From Thermoprotei archaeon (GTDB taxonomy: Archaea > Thermoproteota > Thermoprotei > Thermoproteales > B15-G16), in contig QMRC01000007.1 in NCBI GenBank assembly GCA_003649205.1, positions 21,937-85,936 on the forward strand: 64,000 bases of DNA. The letters run 5' to 3'. Below the pieces are notes generated by a model. It was given only the letters and a program-made list of their open reading frames with translations, was not told the origin of the DNA and did not search any database. This document shows positions 49,427-58,751 of this stretch, piece after piece (position 1 is the first letter of the stretch; every line of letters starts with the position of its first letter). The position numbers were made by a program, and so were the translations under genes.

Positions 49427-49482
49427 GGGATGAAGAGGGTCTTAAGGTTTGACTTCGAGATGATAGAGAACCCACGTGCAGA
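49427..49482 (+). ncRNA. Possible box C/D sRNA (degenerate boxes)
   Basis: GGGATGA-AGAGGGTCTTAAGGT-TTGA-cttcg-AGATGA-TAGAGAACCCACGTG-CAGA flanked by GGG/CCC. Confidence 0.45.
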
Positions 49483-49486
49483 CCCA

Positions 49487-49762
49487 TTAACCTGTTAAGC
49501 AATTTACCTCGGTACTTCTACAGAGCGCTGCGTAGAGCTTCTGAAGAATACCTTTCCAATCAAAGACTGTTTCTCCATCCTCGAACTCTATTATTGCATC
49601 ATCTAGTAGCTCCTCCTTATTGTAGAAGATCTTTGCACCACAGTTAGGACAACCCAAGCATACAGTCACTACACCCTCTATGAGCAGTAGCTTAGTTCCA
49701 CATACAGGACAGTAGAGATCGGTCTCAATAACTATGGTTTCAGAGTAATTCAATTGCAACAC
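49487..49762 (-). CDS. Small zinc-ribbon protein
   Basis: CPVCG...CPNCG. Confidence 0.7.
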   Translation of the reverse strand: MLQLNYSETIVIETDLYCPVCGTKLLLIEGVVTVCLGCPNCGAKIFYNKEELLDDAIIEFEDGETVFDWKGILQKLYAALCRSTEVNCLTG

Positions 49763-49799
49763 CCATGAGAACTTGAGCCAGAAATCCTAAATAGGTAAC

Positions 49800-50960
49800 C
49801 TACAAATTGAGACCTATACTCCTCAACACTTCACGTAGCTTAACTACAGGAAACTCTACCTGCGTATAGTCATCTATCTGAACCCCAAGTCTCTCAAGTA
49901 AGTTATCGTACATCTTCTCGAGATTGCAACCATACTTCAAACCCAAGACCTGAAGCACAGACCTAAATACATCATCTCGTAGATGCATTCCAGCACAGTA
50001 AATCTTCATAAGCTCTGAAAAACCGGTAACCACGAGAACTTGCTTAATCATGGACTTAGTAGCTGATTCACCTACATAACCTACATCAATGAAAACATCA
50101 AATGACTTTAGTAAGTCACTAGATAGTTGGTACCTAGCTAGTACAGTATAGATGGTGTTTGGAAACGATGAGACCCATAAGCTAGCTCCGGACAACGTAC
50201 TACTTAAGTCATAAAGCAATCTCAACCCCTTAATACCATGAACTATGAGTACAGTATCACCAGAGAGCGCACGCGATATAGTACTTACAACTTCTCGCAA
50301 TGCTGCATCACTAGAGATGAAGTAGTGCATTACTGAGTAAGAATGGACATTATATAGAGACCCCACTAAATCAAGGATAACAACTCTAGACCTAGCGTTA
50401 AACCTCAACCAGTGCTCAATGACAAACTTCATGACCTCAGTAACCGATTTCTCATCAGGACCAAGTAACAGCAACCTACCTAAACCAAGAACTAGTAACC
50501 TAGCTAGTAACAACCTATCAATAACCCAACCACCCTTCACACCGTACCTAACCAAGATTACCCATACATCACCACTCATAGAGCAAAATAGCAGAACCCT
50601 CCAATCACCACAGTGAAGATACGTAACGGAATCAGCTTGTAAGCTACATCCACTACTAAGGAGCACATCCAAGACATCACGAACTACATCACCTACCGAG
50701 ATAGGGCTCAACTTCCTACCCCTACGACGAAACATAGAGACACGGTAGATACGACCACACCTAACAACATACACACCACCAGGAACAACCCTAATCTCCT
50801 CAACAAGTTCATCACATGTAAATATGGAGAGAAAACCCCAACCCCTCCTCAAGACAGTACAATCCCTCAAATAGGCCTCAGCAACTCCAATACCCTCACC
50901 ACTGTAGAAGTAGCGAACAGTACCGTACTCACACGAAAACTCCTCACAAACAGACACCAC
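49800..50960 (-). CDS. Hypothetical protein resembling a degenerate type II/IV secretion (TadA/VirB11-like) ATPase
   Basis: LLLLGPDEKSVT at the Walker A position; RALSGDTVLIVHGIKG at the R..PD.I.VGE.RG position; catalytic residues absent. Confidence 0.45.
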   Translation of the reverse strand: MVSVCEEFSCEYGTVRYFYSGEGIGVAEAYLRDCTVLRRGWGFLSIFTCDELVEEIRVVPGGVYVVRCGRIYRVSMFRRRGRKLSPISVGDVVRDVLDVLLSSGCSLQADSVTYLHCGDWRVLLFCSMSGDVWVILVRYGVKGGWVIDRLLLARLLVLGLGRLLLLGPDEKSVTEVMKFVIEHWLRFNARSRVVILDLVGSLYNVHSYSVMHYFISSDAALREVVSTISRALSGDTVLIVHGIKGLRLLYDLSSTLSGASLWVSSFPNTIYTVLARYQLSSDLLKSFDVFIDVGYVGESATKSMIKQVLVVTGFSELMKIYCAGMHLRDDVFRSVLQVLGLKYGCNLEKMYDNLLERLGVQIDDYTQVEFPVVKLREVLRSIGLNL

Positions 50961-51720
50961 ATACCCCCCTCAAGACACCAGATAAATGTGAAGTAACGAC
51001 ACTAACCAAACACCTTAAACCACACAACGCCTTCCTCAACCTCGAGAGAACAGAATGAACACCAGTCCTAAACCAAAGATCGAGAACTTCGTCATAAGGA
51101 ATGGCGACAGAGCACGAAGAACACATACCTGAAGCCTCAATCATAAACTCAGTAAGATCCCAAAGCAACCACGAAGAAGGTGAAGTAGCGTCAAACTTAT
51201 TCAATACAACAACGAGACCACCACGAAATTCCTCAAAACCACTAAGCAACTGACGAACATCGTCAACACAGCACCTACCACAGTCAACAATCAACAGCAC
51301 TAAATCACACAACCTAACAAATTCAGCGCAGACATCCTCACTAAATCTCGAAGACGTAGATGGGAGATCGCAAACAACAATGAAGGACCGTAGAACCTTC
51401 ATCAAAGACTTAAAGAGATTACTATCCTCAAGTAGGTAGCTAAGACAGTAGGTATTACCAGAGAGCACAGTGATCCTAGAGGTAGCGCCACGCAGTTCGA
51501 TACGTAGCTCCAGGACATGAGGAGAGAAACCTTCACAAAGCTCATCGAGAACACACTCAAGTGATTGAGCTCTAGGACCAGCTAGTACCCTAGAAGCACC
51601 GGATTCACTAAAGTCAAGCAGTGCAACTTTAGTGTACTGACCAAGCACTAGCGTTAGGTACGCAGCTATGAGAGACTTACCAACACCTCTACGTGGACCT
51701 GAATACACAGCGACAATCAA
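50944..51720 (-). CDS. MinD/ParA-family P-loop protein (divergent)
   Basis: IVAVYSGPRRGVGKS, VALLD, VCDLPS, VVLNKF, IPYD. Confidence 0.75.
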   Translation of the reverse strand: MIVAVYSGPRRGVGKSLIAAYLTLVLGQYTKVALLDFSESGASRVLAGPRAQSLECVLDELCEGFSPHVLELRIELRGATSRITVLSGNTYCLSYLLEDSNLFKSLMKVLRSFIVVCDLPSTSSRFSEDVCAEFVRLCDLVLLIVDCGRCCVDDVRQLLSGFEEFRGGLVVVLNKFDATSPSSWLLWDLTEFMIEASGMCSSCSVAIPYDEVLDLWFRTGVHSVLSRLRKALCGLRCLVSVVTSHLSGVLRGVCGVCL

Positions 51721-51898
51721 TAAACATCACCTTCGATGAGAGGAGCAGCAAAGAAGTGGTCTCTAGGTACTAGGTATGCGAGGTATTTCTCTATCACTAC
51801 TGGTACAGGAGCTACGTAGCTTATGAAAAAGCTTTTGTCTCAGATACTGATCTTACGTATTGTAGTTGCGTCAAGCTAATCAGTTAACTAGTGTCAAC

Positions 51899-51947
51899 GT
51901 GATGAGATTTGGTGGACGCTGAATGTTGATGAACTACCGGTCACTGA
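51899..51947 (+). ncRNA. Box C/D sRNA (targets not identified)
   Basis: GTGATGA-GATTTGGTGGACG-CTGA-atg-TTGATGA-ACTACCGGTCA-CTGA. Confidence 0.8.
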
Positions 51948-52060
51948 CTAGAGGTATTGTGTGAGGTACTTCACACATACATTAGCTCAATGTAATACGA
52001 GTAAGCTTTATAATTGTGAAACCATCCCACTGGTGATCTGGTAACCTACGTAAGGTGTAG

Positions 52061-53053
52061 ATGATGGATCCCGCAATCGTTGTAGATAAGGTGGTTAAGA
52101 GGTATGTCGTTAAGAGTGGTGTCTTTAGACGAAGAACATCTGTGGTAGAGGCGTTGAAGGGAATATCCTTTACTGTAGATAGAGGAGAAGTTCATGCACT
52201 ATTGGGACCGAACGGAGCAGGTAAGACAACTACGGTCAAGATACTTGCTACACTACTGTTGCCTGATTCAGGAGATGCGTACATACTAGGACATAGTGTG
52301 ACAAAGGAAGCAGATACTGTGAGGAAGCTAGTGGGTGTTGTACTAGATGTGTCTAGGGGCTTCTATCCATACCTAACAGGTTATGAAAACCTGATGTTCT
52401 ATGCACTACTTAGAGGGCTCTCAAGGAGAGAGGCAAAGGCTAGAGTTCGTGAAGTTCTTGAGCTGGTTGGTTTGAGGGATGCGGCCAATAGATCGTACCT
52501 CAGCTACAGTATGGGTATGAGAGCTAGATTATCGATAGCTAAGGTACTCATAGATGATCCAGAGGTACTACTCCTAGATGAGCCTACTCTAGGACTAGAC
52601 GTCCATAGTGCTAGATTCGTTCGTTCTCTCATACTCGACCTAGCGAAGAGAGGTAAGACCATTCTCGTGACGGGGCACAATATGTTTGAGATAGAACAGA
52701 TAGCTAGTAAGATAACCGTGATTAACCGTGGTCAAGTAGTGGCGAGTGATTCACCGCAATCTCTTCGTGAGAAAATTGGTCTTGTACATAGAGTGGAGAT
52801 AAATGTCCATGCTCTAGAGAGGAGTGATGTTGAGCCCCTCTTAACCGCGATAAGTAGTAGATTGAAATTGGAGAAATCAAGTGTTGAGACTATAGCTGAG
52901 AATCAGTACCGTATAGTACTGTACGTTGCAGGTAGTAGAGAGTACATTTCCAGTAACGTATTCGATGTACTTCGTACCTACGGTATCAAGGTATTAGATG
53001 TCAAGATCATAGAACCTACATTAGAAGACCTGTACTTGGCTTTGGTGAGGTAG
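52061..53053 (+). CDS. ABC transporter ATP-binding protein
   Basis: GPNGAGKTT, YSMGM signature, LDEPTLGLD, TGHNM. Confidence 0.92.
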   Translation: MMDPAIVVDKVVKRYVVKSGVFRRRTSVVEALKGISFTVDRGEVHALLGPNGAGKTTTVKILATLLLPDSGDAYILGHSVTKEADTVRKLVGVVLDVSRGFYPYLTGYENLMFYALLRGLSRREAKARVREVLELVGLRDAANRSYLSYSMGMRARLSIAKVLIDDPEVLLLDEPTLGLDVHSARFVRSLILDLAKRGKTILVTGHNMFEIEQIASKITVINRGQVVASDSPQSLREKIGLVHRVEINVHALERSDVEPLLTAISSRLKLEKSSVETIAENQYRIVLYVAGSREYISSNVFDVLRTYGIKVLDVKIIEPTLEDLYLALVR

Positions 53054-53054
53054 T

Positions 53055-53891
53055 ATGTGGTCAGTAGTTATGGCTGTACTCTACAGAGATACTAGGGTGC
53101 TGAAAAGGCGTATGTACGCAATGATATCACTCTACATCATACCAATAATATTCTCCCTAGCAATCGTATATGCACCAGCAGCGGTTACCTCACCTAGTCA
53201 AGTACTTCAGCGATTTAGATTACTGACGAATCTTCCCATAGAGAATCTAAGTGAGTTACTAGCTCTAATGCTGTATTTCTCATCGATCATTTCAATAACT
53301 GCCATAGGTACTTCGACAGCTTACTGGGTTGCTGAAGATGATGTTCACGAGGTGTTGTATTCAGTGCTGAAGTACACTACACTGAGTAGGTACGTACTAG
53401 CTGAGCTAGCTGTAGCACCTCTTCAAGCAGTTATATCTACGATCTACCTAGTACCAGCAACCATACCGCTTATTGGCGTAGTTAAGTCAGTGATAATGTA
53501 CCTCACGTACTTACCCATAGCTGTAGTAGCTATGTCAGTGTTGATGATCTACGGCTACACTATTGGTCTACTTATTGTAAGGTTATTGAGGACAAGTGAG
53601 GTATGGATAGTAAGCAATTGGTTGCTACCACTAATTCTACTAGCATCTGGAATCTACATACCTCTCTCACTAATACCGGCAGTGCTTCGGTACTTCGCAT
53701 ACACGACACCGGTACCATACATCATGGAAATTGCTAAGCTAGTTCTCGTGTTTAGAAGTCTCAGTACTCAGGTACCTATAGTGCTATTCACATTCATAGC
53801 TACAATTTACGTAATAGCAACTACGTACCTAGCTAGGAGCTGTGAGTACGTACTCAAGAGGGAGGGCATCCTATGTTTAAGGAGAATGTGA
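53055..53891 (+). CDS. ABC-2 type permease
   Basis: ~6 TM segments, SGIYIPL..IP. Confidence 0.75.
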   Translation: MWSVVMAVLYRDTRVLKRRMYAMISLYIIPIIFSLAIVYAPAAVTSPSQVLQRFRLLTNLPIENLSELLALMLYFSSIISITAIGTSTAYWVAEDDVHEVLYSVLKYTTLSRYVLAELAVAPLQAVISTIYLVPATIPLIGVVKSVIMYLTYLPIAVVAMSVLMIYGYTIGLLIVRLLRTSEVWIVSNWLLPLILLASGIYIPLSLIPAVLRYFAYTTPVPYIMEIAKLVLVFRSLSTQVPIVLFTFIATIYVIATTYLARSCEYVLKREGILCLRRM

Positions 53892-54691
53892 GAAAGTTGT
53901 TGAGTGAACTTAGAAGCGACATTATACGTTCAGCTCTCTTCACATATCTTCAGTACAAGGTCGTGTTCAAGTACGTATGGTACTCCGAAGTAAGTATCAT
54001 ACTTAACTTCGTATTCTGGATCTCCATTATCATACTACCAATAGTTCTCTACTCAGGAATTACCACCAAAGCAGCAGCTATGTACGTACCTGGTTGTTTT
54101 GTTTACTTCGTTCTCAGCAGCATGATGTGGGTTGGTGCAGGTCTACTTAGACACGGTGTTAGGGAAGGAGTACTTTACTTCTACTGGGAATGTGGATTGA
54201 GGATGAGGAACTTAGCTATTGGGTACATCTTTAGAGAGCTGGTGACAGCAGTATTAGCATACATAGTCCTCATAGTGTTTATGTATGCGTACACTGGAGT
54301 TCTACTACTACCTGAGCTAGATCCACTACTTGTACCTCTATTCCTACTAACTCTCTTCGCATCAGCATATCTGGTGTTCGCTCTAACGCAGCTCCTCTAT
54401 ACCAAGGTGAAGATGCCAACAGGTTGGGTTAACATAGTTCAATTCGTACTAGTAATCGGTACGGTAGCACCGCCTAGGGTATTTGGTCCTCAAGGTTTTC
54501 TCGCAGTAATTAACCCAGGTACAGTACCTGCTACAATACTTAGGTACTTGACTGGTTTCAGGGAATGGAGCTACCTAGACCTCGTAGTGATCTCTGTACT
54601 ACATCTCATTGCTGTGATGACTATAGCTCTGTTTCTCTTTAGATGTTTAGAACGAGAACTGAAGAGACAAATACCTGAGTTACTAATTTAG
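53873..54691 (+). CDS. ABC-2 type permease (second subunit)
   Basis: ~6 TM segments, REGVL, operonic overlap. Confidence 0.7.
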   Translation: MFKENVRKLLSELRSDIIRSALFTYLQYKVVFKYVWYSEVSIILNFVFWISIIILPIVLYSGITTKAAAMYVPGCFVYFVLSSMMWVGAGLLRHGVREGVLYFYWECGLRMRNLAIGYIFRELVTAVLAYIVLIVFMYAYTGVLLLPELDPLLVPLFLLTLFASAYLVFALTQLLYTKVKMPTGWVNIVQFVLVIGTVAPPRVFGPQGFLAVINPGTVPATILRYLTGFREWSYLDLVVISVLHLIAVMTIALFLFRCLERELKRQIPELLI

Positions 54692-54693
54692 CA

Positions 54694-55860
54694 CTAGACG
54701 AGCAATCTAGCTTTGTTCACGTACTTACCAACTATGTGAATCTCAGTACCACACCTAGGGCATCTCTTACCTTCAGTTAACCTGTACTTAACAATAGTGT
54801 AGTGCCATCTCTTGATTAGTAACTCACCACAGTTAGGACAGTAAGTATGTTCACCTGGATGACCAGGCACATTACCTACATAGACATATGCAATACCTTC
54901 CCTCCTAGCTAATCTATAGGCGAAGTCTAGTACCTCAATTCTCGTAGGTGGTTCATGATATTCATAAGCTGGGTAGTATCTATTGAAGTGAATTGGGGTG
55001 TAGGGACCAACCTCCTTAAGATGCCTCTCGATGATCTCTCTAATCGAGTTCTCATCGTCGTTCACACCAGTAACCACGAGCACAATTATCTCTACGTGAA
55101 GACCCATCTCCTTAGCTAACCTAGCATTTCTCCACACCTTATCCACATCAGCGCCACAGTACTTCAGTACCTGCTCCTTAGTACCCTTGACGTCTATGTT
55201 TATCGCGTCTAAACCAGTATTTCTCAACATCTTGAGGGCATCCTCAGTCATGTACCCATTAGACACGTAGGTATTGTATAGACCTCGTTCCCTAGCTAAC
55301 TTAAACACGTCAAGAGAGTACTCAAATAACAGCGTTGGCTCATTAAATGAGACACAGGTACCCTCATCACCATTCCTAATAGCCTCCTCAACGACTTTCT
55401 CAGGTGGTACGTAATTACCGGGAATAGGTGGGGCGCACTTGCTCAGGCTCCAGTTCTGACACCAGGGACATGTGAAGTTACAGCTCCAGGTAGAGAACGT
55501 TATAGCTGTTGAACCAGGCCAAAAGTGGAAGAATGGCTTTATCTCTATAGGTCTAGACTCAATAGCTGATAAATTACCGTACACTACGGTATAGAGATCA
55601 CCATCAATATTTACCCTCGTCCTACAGAAACCAAATCCTCCCTCCGGTATGACACACCTACGCTCACATACAAGACAACGAACCTTGTTACCACGTAACC
55701 TCTCGTACAAGATAGCTCTCCTAACTGTGGGGTACTTCGTAAGTTCTAAACCAATCTTCAGATCCTTCCTACCTCCGTGTAGTGAGAACAAAACAAACAC
55801 CCATGTAAATACGGTACAGGGAAGCAAAATACCTTTATCACAACCACCACAACACCACAA
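54694..55860 (-). CDS. amrS: AmmeMemoRadiSam system radical SAM enzyme (PFL-activase-like)
   Basis: C..C...C.I...GFC, PIEIKPFFHF, CNFTCPWCQNW, FNEPT, YVYVGN, TYCPNCG; true start probably ~100 nt inside the ORF. Confidence 0.88.
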   Translation of the reverse strand: MWCCGGCDKGILLPCTVFTWVFVLFSLHGGRKDLKIGLELTKYPTVRRAILYERLRGNKVRCLVCERRCVIPEGGFGFCRTRVNIDGDLYTVVYGNLSAIESRPIEIKPFFHFWPGSTAITFSTWSCNFTCPWCQNWSLSKCAPPIPGNYVPPEKVVEEAIRNGDEGTCVSFNEPTLLFEYSLDVFKLARERGLYNTYVSNGYMTEDALKMLRNTGLDAINIDVKGTKEQVLKYCGADVDKVWRNARLAKEMGLHVEIIVLVVTGVNDDENSIREIIERHLKEVGPYTPIHFNRYYPAYEYHEPPTRIEVLDFAYRLARREGIAYVYVGNVPGHPGEHTYCPNCGELLIKRWHYTIVKYRLTEGKRCPRCGTEIHIVGKYVNKARLLV

Positions 55861-55894
55861 GAGATATTACCTAGTGAAGTAAGTCAACTACGTG

Positions 55895-55946
55895 GTGATG
55901 AAGCAGCCCCACGATTCAGAGCTATGAAGATACGACGGTTTGCTGA
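55895..55946 (+). ncRNA. Box C/D guide sRNA, probable 23S peptidyl-transferase-region targets
   Basis: GTGATGA-AGCAGCCCCACGATT-CAGA-gct-ATGAAGA-TACGACGGTTTG-CTGA. Confidence 0.75.
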
Positions 55947-56002
55947 TACGCTACGTAGTACTCACTTAAGTACCTCCCTCAACCTTGATAACTCTCCACT
56001 AG

Positions 56003-57115
56003 GTGGGTGATTTCGTGAAGTCTCCTGTATACTACCTACCATTTAACTGGCAGTACACCAATGTAATAGATCAGGTAAGGAGATTACTGAAGGTTGCAGG
56101 AGCTGAGAAAGCTATTGAGAGTGGTGATCTCGTAGCGATTAAGGTTCACATGGGTGAGAGAGGTAACTTCAGACATCCAAGACCTCAGATAGTTAGAGCT
56201 GTAGTTGACTTCGTTCGTGAGTTAGGTGGTAAACCATTTGTGACCGATACTACGACACTGTACTCAGGGTATAGGAGGGATGCTGTTGAGTACCTCGAGA
56301 CCGCTATGATGAATGGATTCTCACCGGCAACGGTGAACGCACCAATAGTAATTGCTGACGGGTTGAAGGGACACGACTACAGGGTAGTTAAGACAGGTGG
56401 TGAACTCAGTGAAGTTGAGGTTGCCTCAGCAATAGCTGAAGCAGATGCCATGATCGTTGTATCTCACGTCAAATTCCACATATCCTTTGGGTTTGGCGGG
56501 GCTCTCAAGAATCTAGCTATGGGTTGCGTTGCGAGGAAAGCTAAGTTCAAAATGCATGCAGTGACCAAACCAACGGTAATACCTGAGAAGTGTACTGGAT
56601 GTGGTTTCTGTACAAAGCACTGTCCCTACGGAGCTATCTCAGTAGTGAATGGTAAAGCGAGGATAGACTATAACCTATGTAAGGGATGTGGTGACTGTAT
56701 GGCTCATTGCAGGTTCAATGCAATAACCATAACCTGGGATAGAACGGAGAGAATCCTCAGACTAGCAGCTGAAGCAGCGTACGCAGTAATGAAGACATTT
56801 AGAAAAGGTAAGGTATTTTTCATAAACTTAGTGATGGAGGTCACTAGATTCTGTGATTGCGGTACACTACTCGAGACACAGATAGTACCTGACCTAGGTA
56901 TACTAGCATCCTTCGACCCTGTAGCCATAGACAAAGCATCAATAGATCTCATAAATTCTGTACCAGGGCTCAGGTACGAGAACGGTACTTTTGTACCGAT
57001 TGAACCAGGTATAGACAAAATAAGAATCTTCTGGGAGAGAAACTGGTGGGTCCTACTTGAAGAAGCTGAGAAATGGGGTCTAGGGAGAAGAGAGTACGAG
57101 CTGATTAGGATATAG
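56003..57115 (+). CDS. DUF362 family Fe-S protein with 2x[4Fe-4S] domain
   Basis: AIKVHMGE, SHVKFH..GFGGALKNLAMG, two CxxCxxCxxxC, CDC, DPVAID. Confidence 0.88.
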   Translation: MGDFVKSPVYYLPFNWQYTNVIDQVRRLLKVAGAEKAIESGDLVAIKVHMGERGNFRHPRPQIVRAVVDFVRELGGKPFVTDTTTLYSGYRRDAVEYLETAMMNGFSPATVNAPIVIADGLKGHDYRVVKTGGELSEVEVASAIAEADAMIVVSHVKFHISFGFGGALKNLAMGCVARKAKFKMHAVTKPTVIPEKCTGCGFCTKHCPYGAISVVNGKARIDYNLCKGCGDCMAHCRFNAITITWDRTERILRLAAEAAYAVMKTFRKGKVFFINLVMEVTRFCDCGTLLETQIVPDLGILASFDPVAIDKASIDLINSVPGLRYENGTFVPIEPGIDKIRIFWERNWWVLLEEAEKWGLGRREYELIRI

Positions 57116-57208
57116 CAGTAGTGAGACATGGTTACGTCATCTGTTGAAATATTCACGTAAAAAGCTTAAAGATTCTACCCAGTAGCCTATATACGTAGGT
57201 GCAGTGAT

Positions 57209-58750
57209 ATGAGCAGATCAACACCAGTACTTGAGACAATAGAGCTAACCAAGGTATTCCCCGGTGTCGTTGCACTAGATCGAGTTAACTTCGACCTCCT
57301 TCCTGGAGAGATACACGGTTTGGTGGGACAAAACGGAGCAGGTAAGTCAACATTTGTCAAGATACTAAATGGAATACTCAGACCTGACAGCGGTAAGATA
57401 CTCATCGACGGTAAGGAAGTAGCTATACCAAATCCAGCAACCGCCAAGAGACTAGGTATCACGTTAATTCACCAAGAGATAACGTTGGTACCATACCTAA
57501 CAGTAGCTGAGAACATCTTCCTAGGTAGAGAGCCTATAGTGAAGAAACATATCTTCAAGTACATTGACCGTAGAGAACTGTTTAGGAGAGCTGAGGAGAT
57601 ACTAACTACTCTCGGCGTTGACATAGATCCTAAGGCTAAGGTTAAGGACCTGAATGTTGGTGAACAGGAGATAGTTCAGATCGCTCGTGCTCTATCCGAG
57701 AATGCGAGAATCATATGCCTCGATGAGCCAACTAGTCCACTAACTCCGAAAGAGATTGAGAGGCTATTCGATATAATGAGGACGTTGAAGAAGCAGGGTA
57801 GATCAATGATCTTCATAACACATAGGATAGAGGAGGTATTCCAGATCTGTGATAGGGTAACGGTTCTCAGAGATGGGAAGAAGATAGCTACTGTAAAGGT
57901 GAGTGAGGTATCGCCACAAGATATCGTGAAGATGATGTTGGGTAGAGAGCTAGCTGAGTTCTACGTGAAGAGAGAACCTAGAGTTGAGGAGATAGAGAAA
58001 GTGAGTAAGGTACCTACACTCGAAGTAATTGATCTCTGGGTAACACCGGAGAGAGTAACTGAGGTACCACTCAAAGGTATTAGCTTTAAGGTCTACGCTG
58101 GTGAGATACTGGGTGTAACTGGTCTACTAGGTGCGGGTAAGACAGAGCTCGGTAAGGCAATAATTGGTCTCGGTAGGATTACAAAGGGTAAGGTATTGAT
58201 TGAGGGTAGGGAAGTTAAGATAAGAGGACCTGTTGATGCTCTGAAACACGGTATTGTGTACATACCTGAGGATAGGAGGAGGGAAGGGCTTGTATTGACG
58301 ATGTCGGTTAAAGCTAATATATCACTACCATCACTATACAAGCTCTGTAAGTACCTTGGTCTAATTGACTTAGGTAGAGAAGAGGAGGTTGCACGGTACT
58401 GGATTAAGGCGTTGAACATAGTGACTCCTAGTACTAAGACCAAGGTTGCTAATCTGAGTGGTGGTAACCAGCAGAAGGTCTCACTAGCTAAGATGCTTGA
58501 GGTGAAGCCAAAGATCGTGATCCTCGATGAGCCTACCTTCGGTATTGATATTGGTGCAAAGGTCGAGATTAGGAAGATAATTGCTAAGCTAGCTGATGAA
58601 GGGTTAGCTGTGATACTACTATCGTCTGACATCGATGAGGTACTGTCGCTAGCTGACAGGATAGTCGTTATGAGGGATGGTATGAAGGTGGGTGAATTCA
58701 TTAATAAAAACGTTTCGAGAGAGGATATCTACAAGTTAATGGTCGGTTGA
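57209..58750 (+). CDS. rbsA: Ribose-type sugar ABC transporter ATP-binding protein
   Basis: Tandem ABC domains, GQNGAGKST, PEDRRREGL, LSGGNQQK. Confidence 0.9.
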   Translation: MSRSTPVLETIELTKVFPGVVALDRVNFDLLPGEIHGLVGQNGAGKSTFVKILNGILRPDSGKILIDGKEVAIPNPATAKRLGITLIHQEITLVPYLTVAENIFLGREPIVKKHIFKYIDRRELFRRAEEILTTLGVDIDPKAKVKDLNVGEQEIVQIARALSENARIICLDEPTSPLTPKEIERLFDIMRTLKKQGRSMIFITHRIEEVFQICDRVTVLRDGKKIATVKVSEVSPQDIVKMMLGRELAEFYVKREPRVEEIEKVSKVPTLEVIDLWVTPERVTEVPLKGISFKVYAGEILGVTGLLGAGKTELGKAIIGLGRITKGKVLIEGREVKIRGPVDALKHGIVYIPEDRRREGLVLTMSVKANISLPSLYKLCKYLGLIDLGREEEVARYWIKALNIVTPSTKTKVANLSGGNQQKVSLAKMLEVKPKIVILDEPTFGIDIGAKVEIRKIIAKLADEGLAVILLSSDIDEVLSLADRIVVMRDGMKVGEFINKNVSREDIYKLMVG

Positions 58751-58751
58751 G

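Noticed and set aside
51906-51920. TTTGGTGGACG resembles the reverse complement of a tRNA 3' end (possible att site)
   Set aside because: No cloverleaf, integrase or second copy in the window; it lies in a C/D guide position
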